From Camelus ferus (taxonomy: Eukaryota), in contig NC_045697.1 of assembly GCF_009834535.1 (NCBI RefSeq), positions 82,028,001-82,092,000 of the forward strand: a stretch of 64,000 nt of DNA, written 5' to 3'. Made by a program: the position numbers and the translations under genes. Position 1 is the first letter of the stretch; each line of letters starts with the position of its first letter. The notes beneath the pieces are model-generated. The model saw only the letters and a list, made by a program, of their open reading frames with translations. It was not told the origin of the DNA and ran no database searches. Positions 1 to 12,402 of the stretch are shown piece after piece.

Positions 1-2665
1 ATGAGCGATCTCATATGGTATTTTTCTTTCTCTTTCTGGCTTACTTCACTTAGAATGACATTCTCCAGGAACATCCATGTTGCTGCAAATGGCGTTATGT
101 TGTCGGGTTTTATGGCTGAATAGTATTCCATCGTATAAATATACCACTTCTTCTTTATTCAGTCATAGGTTGATGGACATTTAGGCTGTTTCCATGTCTT
201 AGCTACTGTAAATAGTGCTGCTATGAATATTGGGGTGCAGGTGTCATTTTGAAGTAGGGTTCCTTCTGGGTATACGCCCAGGAGTGTGATTCCTGGGACC
301 TATGGTAAGTCTGTTCCTAGTCTTTTGAGGAATCCCCATAGTGTTTTCCACAGTGGCTGCACCAAACCGCATTCCCACCAGCAGTGTAGGAGGGTTCCCT
401 TTTCTCCACAGCCTCTCCAGCATTTGTCATTTGTGGACTTTTGAATGATGGCCATTCAGACTGGTGTGAGGTGATACCTCATTGTAGTTTTGATTTGCAT
501 TTCTCTGATAATTAGTGATATTGAGCATTTTTTCATGTGTCTATTGATCATTTGTATTTCTTCCTTGGAGAATTGCTTGTTTAGGTCTTCTGCCCATTTT
601 TGGATTGGGTTGTTTGTTTTTTTCTTATTAAGTTGTATGAGCTGCTTATATATTCTGGAGATCAAGCCTTTGTCAGTTTCATCTTTTGCAAAAATATTCT
701 CCCATTCTGTAGGTTGTCGTTTTGTTTTATTTATGGTTTCCTTTGCTGTGCAAAAGCCTGTAAGTTTCATTAGGTCCCATTTGTTTATTCTTGCTTTTAT
801 TTCTATTCCTTGAGTAGACTGCCCTAGGAGAACATTTTTGAGATATATGTGAGATAATGTTTTGCCTATGTTTTCTTCTAGGAGGTTTATTGTATCTTGT
901 CTTATGTTTAAGTCTTTGATCCATTTTGAGTTGATTTTTGTGTATGGTGTAAAGGAGTATTCTAGCTTCATTGATTTACATGCTGCTGTCCAGTTTTCCC
1001 AATACCATTTGTTGAAGAGACTGTCTTTATTCCATTGTATGTTCTTGCCTCCTTTGTCAAAGATTAGTTGACCAAAAGTTTGTGGGTTCATTTCTGGATT
1101 CTCTATTCTGTTCTATTGGTCCATATGTCTGTTTTTGTACCAATACCATGCTGTCTTGATTACTGTAGCTCTGTAGTATTGTCTGAAGTCTGGGAGGATT
1201 ATTCCTCCAGCCTTTCTTTTTCTTCAGTAATGCTTTGGCAATTGTGGGTCTTTTGTGATTCCATGTAAATTTTATTATTTGTTCTAGTTCTGTGCAATAT
1301 GTCCTGGGTAATTTGATAGGGATTGCATTAAATCTGTAGATTGTCTTGGGCAGTATGACCATTTTAATAATATTGATTCTTCCAATCCCGGAGTATGGAA
1401 TATCTTTCCATTTTTTTTAAGTCTTCTTTCATTTCCTTGATCAGTGTTTTATAGTTCTCCATGTATAAGTCTTTCACCTTCTTGGTTAGATTTATTCCTA
1501 GGTATTTTATTACTTTGGGTGCTATTTTAAAGAGGATTGTTTCTTTACTTTCTTTTTCTGTTGATTCATCATTAGTGTAAAGGAATGCAACTGAGTTTTG
1601 TACGTTAATGTTGTAACCTGCTATCTTGCCGAATTCTTTGATTATTTCTAGTAGTTTTTGTGTGGACCTTTTGGGGTTTTCTATGTATAGTATCGTATCA
1701 TCTGCATATAGTGACAATTTTACCTCTTCTTTTCCAATTTGGATCCCTTTTATTTCTCTCTCTTGCATGATTGCTTTGTCTAGGACTTATAAGACTATGT
1801 TGAATAGGAATGGTGATAGTGGGCAGCCTTGTCTTGTCCCAGATTTTAGTGGGATAGCTTTGAATTTTTCACCATTAAGTTCTATGCTGGCTGTAGGTGT
1901 GTCATATTTAGCTTTTATTATGTTGAGATATGTTCCCTCTATACCCACTTTGGTGAGAGTTTTTATCATAAATGGGTGTTGAATTTTATCAAATGCTTTT
2001 TCTGCATCTATTGAGATGATCATGTGGTTTTTGTCCTTTCTCTTGTTGAAGTGATGCATTACATTTATTGATTTGTGTTTGTTGAGCCATCTTTGTGTCC
2101 CTGGGATGAACCCCAATTGATCATTTTGTATAATCTTTTTTATGTGCTGTTGGATTCTATTTGCTAATATTTTGGTAACGATTTTTGCATCTATATTCTT
2201 AAGTGATATTGGTCTGTAATTCTCTATTTTGGTAGTGTCTTTGCCTGGTTTTGGTATTAGGGTGATGGTTGCTTCATAGAATGAATTTGGGAGTATTCCC
2301 TCCTTTTCAATCTTCTGGAAGAGTTTGAGAAGGACTAGTATGAGTTCTTCTTTGTATGTTTGGTAGAATTCCCCAGTGAAGCCATCATGTCCTGGACTTT
2401 TATTTGTAGGGAGGTTTTCTATTGCTAATTTGATCTCATTTCTAGTGATTGGTTTGTTCAAGTGGTCAACTTCTTCTTGATTTAGTCTTGGTGGACTGTA
2501 TGTTTCCAGAAACTTGTCCATCTCCTCTAGGTTATCCATTTTGTTGCCATATAGTTGTTCATAGTATTCTCATATGATATTCTGTGTTTCTATGTTATTG
2601 GTTATAATTTCTCCATTTTCCTTTCTTATTTTGCTTATTTGTGCTCTCTCTTTTCTCTGTGAGCT
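1..2665 (-). mobile_element. Young LINE-1 (copy A), 5'-truncated and inactive; 3' end runs off the window start
   Basis: Minus-strand ORF2 fragments in order: 1787-2539 ([17 protein letters not shown]), 1364-1768 (LSLYADD RT motif), 1057-1362 and 456-1091. They are separated by stops and frameshifts. Confidence 0.97.
456..2539 (-). pseudogene. Disrupted L1 ORF2 (reverse transcriptase to C-terminal region)
   Basis: YADD and QGCPLSP motifs; in-frame TAA at 1787-1789 and TGA at 456-458; several frameshifts. Confidence 0.93.
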
Positions 2666-3635
2666 TTGACCCATCTTTTAATCCGATTGTTTGATTTCCT
2701 ACTGTTGAATTTTAGGAGTTCTTTTTATATTTTGGAGAACTGTCCTTTATCAGTTTTATGCTTTTAATTATTTTCACCCAGTCTTTGGCTTTTCTTCTCA
2801 TAGTCCTGACTTTGTCTTTGACAGAGTGGAAGTTTTTAATTTTAATGAAATCCAGCTTATCAATTCTTTATTTCATGGATCATGCCTTTGTTGTTGTATC
2901 TTACAAGTTATTGCCATACCCAAGGGGATCTAGGTTTTCTCCTGTGTTATCTTCTAGGTGATTTTTAATTTTCATTTTATACTTAGGTCTATGATCCATT
3001 TTGAGTTCATTTTTATGAAGGGTATAAGGTCGTATCTAGATTACTTTTTTTCCATGTGGTTGTTGGTTGTTTCAGCATCATTTGTTGAAGAGTCCATCTT
3101 TACTCTATTATATTACCTTTATTTCTGTGTCAAAGGTCAGTTGACTGTACTTAACTTGACTGTACTAAAGATAGTTCAACATACACAAATCAATCAATGA
3201 GCATCGATTTCTGGGCTTTTTATTCTGTTCCTTTGATCTGTTTGTCCAATCTTTTAACAATACCACACTGTTTTGATTACTGTAGATATATAATAAGTCT
3301 TGAAGCTGGGTAGCACCAATCCTCCAATTTTGTTCTTCTCCTTCAATATGGACTTGGCTATTCTGGGTCTTTTATCATTCCACATAAATTTTAGAATCAG
3401 CTTGTTATATGCATAAATTTATTTGCTCAGATTTTTATTGGGATTATATTGAATCTATAGATTAATCTGGGAAGAACTGACATCTTGACAATATTGAATT
3501 CCTATTATTGATCAGGAGATGTCTCTCCATTTATTTAGTTCTTCCTTGATTTCATTCATCAGAGTTTTATAATTTCCTTCATATAGATCTTATACATATT
3601 TTGTTACATATATACATAAGTATTTCAGTTTTTGG
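2666..3635 (-). mobile_element. Older L1M ORF2 fragment into which copy A inserted
   Basis: Degenerate second pass through ORF2 sequence also seen in copy A (e.g. ggtctatgatccattttgagtt, caataccacactgttttgattactgtag). Confidence 0.85.
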
Positions 3636-4691
3636 CAAATTCATTCTTAAGTTAACTTCATTCTTAGTAGTGGCTTTAAGAAACACAAAATCAATAATTC
3701 TATGCCATTGCATGTTCATATATTCCAATTTCTTGACTTGGACATAAAGGACAATTTGTATGGATATACATTTCTCAGAACAGAATTTATTTTCTAAGCA
3801 TTATGTAGATATTTCTCCACAGTATTCTGGTGCTAAATGTCCCTGGAAAGAAGTCTGTACATAGCCTCTTAGTTTTTACTTGATTATGTTACCCAGGTTT
3901 TTTATTATTATAGAAATCCAGCAACTTTTTTGGACTATTTATCAATTCACCATTTATTTTGGTGGATTAAAACTTGTTTTATTCCTGGAATATTTTGTAT
4001 TATATAACATTTTGTTATTTCAATTCTCTTCTTTGAGAAGACCATTGATACTTGTGGCCTATCTTTCTTACTGATCTTCTCATATCTTTAATTTTTTTCC
4101 ATGAATCCTTTTAACTCTTTAACTTTTGAAATCCTTTTCTTAGCTTTTATCAGTTCTGTCTTCCATGACCTGTGGGTTTCATGTGATTTACTAAAAATAT
4201 TTTGTTGAGGGATGTCAGTAGTGGTGAAGTATCTATGGAGACAAAGCTCATGACATAGAGAATACTAACAGTCAGGGTATTATTAATATAAAGACAGTTG
4301 TTATTGGAAGTAAATATTCTCAAATATGCTAATATTGACAAAAACTGTTTTACCATGAAAACTAAGTGAAAGTACTAGACAGTTCCCAGAAATTAAAGCA
4401 GCCACATGTGCAGTATTTGGAAGCTCAGTAATTAGTACTGAGATAATAATTCTATCATCAACTATAAAATAGATGCATGAAATTTAAAAAAAAATAAATT
4501 ATGTTGTGTTTAAAGCAATATACTTTTACTCCTATAAAGAAAATTATTTCAAAACTTGACTTACAAATAAAAACTTCAAAGGATTTGTAAAGAAATAATC
4601 TGATTTCCTTGGAGAAGAATGAAGCTTTTCAATCATATATTAAACAGCCTAAGGTAGTATACATATGTTTGTTATTAGTCAAATATCTATT

Positions 4692-7027
4692 TGTATTAGT
4701 TACCAATTGCTGCATAGTAAAATAACACAAACTTGGTAACTTAAAATAGCACACTTATTATCTCACAATTTCCAGAAGTATGGAGTTTGAATACAGCAGA
4801 ACTGATTCCTCTTTTTAGAATGTCACAAGGCTGCAATTTAACAATATATTCCTTAGTTTACTTACATTTTTAGCATAATCTATTTCCATACATCTTTAAA
4901 CCTGGGGTTCCTAGCCTTTTGATGGGTGTCACCTGGAGGCCGCCCACAGCTCCGAAAGACTGTTCTTAGGTACTTGCCATCTGGGCCTCTGAAAAGGGCT
5001 GCTTACTTGTTCAAAGTGAGTTAGAGGTAGAGTCTAGCATGAGTCTGCTAGCAAGACAGTCTTATATGATGTCACGTAATCGCAGAAATAACATCTTTCA
5101 CTTTTGTCACTGTTTATCAGTTAGAAACACATCATAAATAATGCTCACTCAATAGGAAGATGCTAAACAAGGGTGTGGACATCAGGAGGCAGGGATTATA
5201 AAGGTGGCCAACCCAGATCTGTCCAGCACATTCTTTCCTCTGATTTCCAATTATTTCTGTTCCTCCCACATGCAAGGTACCTTCACCCTTTCGCATGGTT
5301 CCCAGTGTCTCATCCCATTACAGAATCTGCTCAGATTTCAGAATCTAAATAAGCTCCAGGTGTGGATGAGGGCCTATAGGCATAGTTCCTCTTGATCTAC
5401 CAATATGCACATACTAAATAGACAAGTTAACACTCAAAACATACAATATTGGGCAGACATACAAAAACAGCTGCAACTCCAGCTGTTCCTTGGTGTCTGT
5501 GTGAAAATTGGTTCTGGGAACCCCCGTGGATACCAAAATCCATGGCTGCTCAAATCCCTTATATAAGATGTATGCCATAATACAATGAATTCAGTTGACC
5601 CTCTGTGTACGTGAGTTTTACAAAATATGCAGATATGGAGGGCCAGCTATATAGATATTTTCATTCAGAAAAAAAGGAAATGGAAATAAAAAAAAAAAGT
5701 CACTGGTGCATAGCAATCCTGAAATCCACTTAGGAAAATGTTAATAATTTCTTGATTGTGTTTCAAGGTCTGGGAGTAATTCTCTGTGACTTTGCCTTCA
5801 CCCTCTGGGCTATTGATTCTGCATCCTGAGCCATTCTGTCCTTCTCATTGAAGATAGAATGTGTTCCCAACTGAATAATTTCATTGGCTGGCTTCCAGGA
5901 AGTAGTATTTTTGGGTTCCAGCAGACTTCTTTCTTTTTATACTCTCTTTGTCCCTATAATAGAAGTTGTTGATGCCTTAGCTGAAGTACATTTTAGATAT
6001 TTTGTGGATCTCTTACAGATTTCATTGAGGTTCAATTCATTAAGCAAAAAGCACACCCACAAATCTTTTGAGATAAGCCCTTCCCCACCTTGACCTTTTG
6101 CTTGTATGGCTGAAGGACCATGCTTTTAAGCTTTTAGAGAGAGGTCTTAGTGTTTTATTGAGAAGATCTGTGAGATATATCCTTAGTCTCTTGAAATGGC
6201 TGTTTATGTGACTGAACACTTTTGACCTTTTCATCTTTATGAAATTTTAGCAAATACTTGTAAAGTTACATCTTAAATTTCTTGCCTATTAAAGCTTATC
6301 TCTATTCCATATCTTAGAAGTCAATTTTTTTATTTTAACATATCTTACCAACTAAATACGGATTTTTTAAAATCATATCCTGTGTCATGTTTGTTAACAG
6401 TTTTCCCCTCAATTTATATTTTTCCTCTTGCAATTTATTATAAGCAGCAAGATGAAACCAAGGTGCATCTTCAACACATTAGTTGTCTATTGTTGTACAA
6501 CAAATTACCACAAACTTAGTAGCTTGAAATAACACACGTTTACTATCTCACAGTTACTTTGGGTCAGAATTCTGGATAGAGTTTAACTAGGTCCTCTGCT
6601 CAGGGTCTCACAAGGCTGTCTCTAGGATATCAGTTCAACTGCAATTTCATCTAGAGGCTTGACCAGGAAAGAATCTTCTTCCAAGTTTACTTTGGTTTTT
6701 GGCAGGATTTATTTCCTTATAAGTATATGACTGAGACCTCTGGTTTCTTCATGGCTATCATTTGAAGTCCACCTTCAGCTTCCTGTCCCATGGGCTTCAC
6801 AACAGGGTCCAATTATTATTCAAAAACAGCTATGGAATTAGAGTTTACAGAGTTAGCAAGAAAGCTGATTATATAATGTAATGAAATAATAGACGTGACA
6901 TCCTTTTACCATTGCCATTAGTCTATTAGAAGCTAGTCACAGACCATGCCCTCTCAAGGGGAGAAGACTTCACAAAAGTATAACATCAGGATGCAGGGAT
7001 TATGCAAACTACCCCCAGTCTATCTGG
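4692..7027 (-). mobile_element. Complete MaLR (MLT1E/F-like) element: LTR ~4692-5230, internal ~5231-6475, LTR ~6476-7027
   Basis: Two homologous direct repeats (attagtt...caaactt.gta.ctt.aaata.cacac...tatctcaca...tcacaaggctg). Pyrimidine run ttctttcctctg at 5231 reads as a polypurine tract on the minus strand. Confidence 0.8.
5480..5649 (+). mobile_element. MER2/Tigger2-family non-autonomous DNA transposon nested in the MaLR internal region
   Basis: ttggttctgggaacccccgtggataccaaaatccatggctgctcaaatcccttatataa resembles the MER2 end; terminates gagggccagcta followed by TA. Confidence 0.8.
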
Positions 7028-7217
7028 TGTAATTTTTAAGAATCTGTTTGTACCTGTGTATGTAATGTGTTTATGTAAATGTGCCAATTATCCAAAGTAT
7101 ATATTATTTTTAAAAATTTTGTTACTGGAATGTAATTCAATCATGAAAGGAAACTTCATACATTGTTCCAAATACCATCCATCTTAATATCCCTTTTTGT
7201 TTATTATATTAACTAAT

Positions 7218-7543
7218 GTATTGCTTACATTTTGCTTCATAACAAATCATTTCAAACATAAGATCTTAAAACAACAAATTTTTATTTAGCTCACAATTTC
7301 GTGGGTTGGCAATTTGAATTAGACTCAACTAGGCAGTTCTTCTGCTTGGAGTTTGGTTTATTAGTGTGTTGTCAGCTGTTAGGTCAATGAGGGGATGGGG
7401 ATGAGTGCGGGTGGGGGTGTTCATAGGATAGCTTCAATTTAGATAGTTTATCTGTTTCACATGCCTCTTATCCCACCAGTAAGCTAGTCCAGGTTTATTC
7501 ATAAGGCAGCTGATCAGATTTCTGAAAGAGAGAGTAAAAGCAT

Positions 7544-7574
<31 letters not shown>

Positions 7575-7750
7575 CTCCTGAAGTTGAAACTGGCATAGTA
7601 TCATTCCCACTGAATTTCATTGGACACATCTTGTCACACACATGTCAGTGTTCAATGGAAAGAAACAAGCTCCACCTTTTCATTGGATGAGCTGTAAATA
7701 CCTATTGCAGGAAGATGCTAATATAACAACAATGTCAATCTTTGTCCACT
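7218..7750 (-). mobile_element. Old MaLR solo LTR (MLT1H/I-like)
   Basis: cataacaaatcatttcaaac...cttaaaacaacaaatttttatttagctcacaatttcgtgggttggcaattt...aggcagttcttctg. Confidence 0.7.
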
Positions 7751-8839
7751 ACTTCTGCTGATTTTGTGTATATAATGAAATAGCCATCATATCTTATTTT
7801 AATCAGTGTTTCACTAAAAACTCTTTGACTTATCCTTTACAGAATGTGCTACTATGTATGTATATATGGCTAATGTAGCACAGAGATTGCTAATATAAGA
7901 AGGAATCTACTTACAGAAGAAAAAACTATGGAGACATGTTTAGATATTTGGAATTTCTCTCCTTTGGAAAATATAAAGTGTTAGATATTATAAAATAAAC
8001 ATGTTACTAAAACATGTTTAGTATTACTCTTAAAGCTTCATTTTAACGTATTACGTTTATTTGCCGTTTCCTTGCATTTTGGGACTACATTTGGGAGGTA
8101 AGATTTTAAGGATACAAACGAGATTTATATATAAAATCAATTCTAAATATACCTTATGTTTGTCACCACTTGAAAACTTTAATACCAACTAAATTTGAGG
8201 CTTCTGGATGTATTTTAGTGCTATTAACATTTTGAAATCATTCAGCAGTTTGTATAGTTTAAAACCATGTATTTTATTATAGCAAGTGTAATATGCCAGG
8301 GTACCTTTGTTTAAATTAGAGAATAATATTGTTTTGTTGATACCAAGTTTTCTGTTTAGTATTTTAAATATACAAAAATCAGACTGTTAATTATGTAAAG
8401 AGGAGCTCCAAGAAAGGAAACTAATGAACAGAAGCAGCAATTATGAGGATTACTGTGTGTAATAGATAGTAATGGCTAATTGCAATTTTAAGCTTGGGAA
8501 AGAATGTTTCAATACAAGGTTTGCTGATTTCCAGAGAAGCTTGCTTTTCATATTTAATGCAACTCTGCAATGTAATTAAGAAAGACTTACTAAGGTTGAA
8601 TGAGTGCATAATTTTCTGAATGCAAGACTTTTTGCATTAGATTAGTACAGTATTCCATGCTATCTTCACTGTGTACAGTGGATAAATAAACCACTTTTAG
8701 CCTTTATATTTACAGAATAATAGTCAACATATCAAATCTTTAAAAATTGCATAATTTTTTAATGTGTATACATTTATGGTAGATTGTATGAAAGCTATCT
8801 TTGTTAAAAATTTCCCAAGAGTTTGCAAATATTTTAAAT

Positions 8840-8940
8840 CAAAGAAAGGGAGAAAGAAGAGAAAGAAAAGAAGGAAAAGAAAAAAGGAAGGAAGGAAAGA
8901 AGAGAGATTGAAAGAGAGAGGAACAGGAAAAAGGAAGAAC
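8840..8940 (+). repeat. Purine-rich (A/G) low-complexity tract
   Basis: aaagaaagggagaaagaagagaaagaaaagaaggaaaag... Confidence 0.9.
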
Positions 8941-9424
8941 ATTTTTTGAAGGGAAGCAAAACCAATTTACAAAAGTTATGAGGAAAGTTTCTAGCACAGA
9001 GTTTATTGCTGTATACCACAAGTAGACAGTCTGAATAATTACTGAAGAAAAGATTACACAACAGAATGGAAAACAGATTGAATACAAAAACACCTGAGTT
9101 CTATTAAGACATTGCCAGCAATTCACTGTGTGAACTTAGTTAAGCACTGATACACATTTATTGGCCATTTACATTTTTTGTGTTAATTGCTTCTCTTACA
9201 TTTTTCATCTTACCTTTTGGGGAAGAGTATAATTGTACCTCTTTCATAGCATTAGAATTTTCCTTATATCTGAATAACTGGTTGGATCTACCTCCCTCAT
9301 TTATTATTTGTTCCAAATATGTATTTAGATTGTATTTTTCATCTTTTTTTTAAATTTCTAATCCCCAGATTGTTTCACAGACATCACAGTCGTAATATTT
9401 AACACTGCCAGATGAAGTTCTGAG

Positions 9425-9610
9425 GGCTTTGCACACATAATCTCATTCAGTTCTCAAAACAAAGTCATGAGGTACAGAATCTTTATTTTCATTTTACAGA
9501 TTATGACTCAGGCATGGAAAGAAAAGCCAGTTGCCCAACATCACACAGTTGCAAGAGGTGGAGCTCATTTTTAAACTCAGGTGTTTTGATTTTGGGACAT
9601 ACACTCAATT
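9425..9610 (-). mobile_element. MIR SINE
   Basis: atctcattcagttctcaaaac...cattttacagat...ttgcccaacatcacacag core. Confidence 0.8.
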
Positions 9611-9719
9611 GCTTTAGCAGGTTATGTAGTAAGACATGTATTTCAAAACGTCATTATAGATTTACTTGGCATTTTTGAGCTCTGATGAGAATATTGTTAC
9701 ATCCAAAAGAGCTTATGCC

Positions 9720-9990
9720 AGATAATGTTTAACACATTTAGTTGGGCAAGGCACTCTTTGGTAGACTGAAAATATAACAGTGAAGAGGACAAGATACAAG
9801 ATAGGAAACTGAGGATTTAATAGTTTGGTGCATGATGATCATAGAGATAACTAAACAATTACAGCAGAATGTGAAGGGCATATATAACCCATATGTGGGG
9901 CAACAGGTAATGGTTGCTAGAAAAAAATGAGGCTTTTATTCAAGACCTGAATGATCAGTGGGGATTACCAAGGTGAAAAATGGCAGAATC
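9720..9990 (-). mobile_element. L2 LINE 3' fragment
   Basis: caaggcactct...aatataacagtgaagaggacaag...agacctgaatgatcagtggggatt. Confidence 0.5.
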
Positions 9991-10140
9991 AAACAATAAA
10001 AATTCAAACCTAAGAATAGCTATAGTCAATAAAGTATTTGATGTACTGTTAAAAACTGAGTACAATTAATATGAAATGAAGGCTTGACTGTAGCTTGTTA
10101 GGTTGAATAGAAGTTAGTGAGAAAGTGATTAGGGTGAGGC

Positions 10141-10202
10141 GTGTGTGTGTGTGTGTGTGTATGTGTGTGTGTGTGTGTGTGTTGAGAGAGAGAGAGAGAG
10201 AG
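10141..10202 (+). repeat. Compound (GT)n-(GA)n microsatellite
   Basis: Directly visible. Confidence 0.98.
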
Positions 10203-11670
10203 AAGGGTGAGATAAATTTGTAGTAATCCAATGAAGATTGATTAATTAGTAATCCACTGAAGCATAAGTGCTTCCCATTTTCCTGATTTATCTGCCTATG
10301 GCCTCATTTGGAAACTTTGTGGGTCTATTAGCATGGAAGTCTACAAATTTTTTTTTTCAGTCCTGCCCAAGTTCACTGCACTAGCAAAAATAATTAGTTC
10401 TACCCTGAAATAAGCAGATTGTTTGTTCATTCTGTATTTTATTCCCTCACATGTCAATTCTACCATAGTGGGTAACATTTTATCATTCTGAGTGGTGAGG
10501 CTATCCTGAGAACCATTTGTTGATTCACAGATAGGGAGAACCTATCTACATGGACCACTAAGGGCCCCACCACATCAGTGCTTTTCTGTCCTCCTCTTCC
10601 AGCCCCACTTCATGAATGTATCAGCCTCTCATCCAACAGCTTAATCCTTTATAGCTTCCTCCCTCCCCAGACACATTGTAGGCCTAAATTGCTTGTTCCT
10701 CCTTGGGATCCTTTGAGTTTGCAGGAAGTGAATGAGAAAGCTGCCCTTACAGACATCTGGTTTCGGTGATGAGAGGAAGACACTGCCTTTCAAGCATTTA
10801 TGTCTCTTAGATTGTAAGAACCCTTGAGTTGTATGATGTCCAATAAGAGAAAAGGTAAGATAAAGAACCACATTGTCATCTGTGCTCTAATTGGAGACTA
10901 AGTTTGCATAGGACACACTTTTTATGCCAGGTTACCCTCCCCGGTCCCCAAAGTTTTGCTTTATCTTCATAAATTCTTCCCTCGATTCCTCTTCTGTGTG
11001 CCTTTGTTTGTTTGTTTTTTAATTTTTTTGTCCCTTCCATTTTGTGTTAAGCATCATTTTATGATTTACATGATGGTGAGGGAGGGAGAATTGTGAGGGA
11101 AACAGAGACTGAGAGTTTAAGATTTTATGTAACCAATTAACTATAATGCATAAGTCCATTATATCACCTTATTATTAAATTTGCTAGTTCATAGTTCTTG
11201 TATAAAAAAGAACCAAAGATATAATGTTTTGTCTTCAGGTGGTTTGGAATTGTGGCCTTAACTAATAGACTACATGTATGTCTATTTGAGAGGACAAGTT
11301 TATATTCCCTGAGGCTCCCTTTCCCAACTGGTACTGTGGCTTCTTCCTTGTGTATATTTCTCTTAAAAGTGATATGATATCTGTTTGTATGAAAAACCCA
11401 GTAACCAATAAAATGACTGCATATTTCCACCTATACATAGCAAGGAAAGTGCGCACTTTGTTTTCAATTTCAAAATTTCATTCTAAAAGTAGTTAAGATG
11501 AAATTTATATGAAAGCATTTTTATCACAAAATAAAAAGGTTACATGCCAAGCAGAAAAACCTTAAAAATAATCATCAAGTAAGTGAAAAACTATTTGAGC
11601 AAAAAATACTGGTAGGGAAAAATCTTTTCATATATTCAAAATGCTTAATGGCATTTATACATACTCATAG

Positions 11671-12402
11671 TCATATCTGACTGCATATAATTTTCAGGGT
11701 TCGGTGAAAAATTAAAATGCGTGGCCTTGGGAAGCGGCAGAGAATTCAGCATCTTCTTGTCACAGGCTGCCACCCTAGCTCATATCCACTGGGTGACCTA
11801 CAGGAGATTGCACCCTCCACACCAGGATGTGGTTGGTACCTAGATCAGTGCTGGGCAAGAGGCCCCTGCAGAGTTGCCTGCTGAACACACAATGGGGCTT
11901 GCAGCCCAGAGAGAGGATAGCTGTCACCTTGCCCTGTACTAGAAGCTTTAAGATATGGGGAGACCCCAATCCTTCTCTTATTGTGCTCAGGCCCCTACTA
12001 GGGGTGGAGAGCAAAGACGAAATGAAGATTTTTCCCATCTGCTGATGGGACCCAATTGCCACTCCAAGTGGAGAGCAGCAGCTACTGTGGGAGAGAGATG
12101 GTGTGAGAAAGGACAGGTGGAGCTGGAGTATCAGGAGACAGGGAGCAGGTGGTGAAGAATCCATTCTAGGGAAATGGAGAGTGGCAGGATGAGCTATGGC
12201 ACATGAGCTGAGATCCCAGGCACCTGGTGCATGATTCGTTGCCTCATGGATCCTCACTTACCAAATACTTCACTTAGGAATTTAAAAATAAAATTAAGAA
12301 TTTCAAGATGACTGCCACAGAACATTAAACCCCAAAAGTGGGGCCTTCTAGAGCCAGAGGCCCTGTGTAACTATTGGTTGAACATTTAAGTAGTAGGCCC
12401 TA
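11671..12402 (-). mobile_element. MER45-family hAT-Tip100 DNA transposon (MER45B/C-like)
   Basis: Left end ataattttcagggttcggtgaaaaattaaaatgcgtggccttg and right end aagaatttcaagatgactgccacagaacattaaacc...ggccctgtgtaact...ggccct match reverse-complemented MER45 termini around a GC-richer core. Confidence 0.8.

Noticed and set aside
456..2539. Long RT-containing ORFs as a novel reverse-transcriptase system or active gene
   Set aside because: They are ordinary LINE-1 ORF2 broken by stops and frameshifts, with no endonuclease, ORF1 or promoter
8724..9126. Overlapping ORFs including a K/R-rich, NLS-like peptide
   Set aside because: By-product of the purine-rich low-complexity tract
11775..12257. 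160-aa ORF in a GC-richer patch
   Set aside because: Lies inside a MER45-family transposon, and the peptide has no recognisable domain
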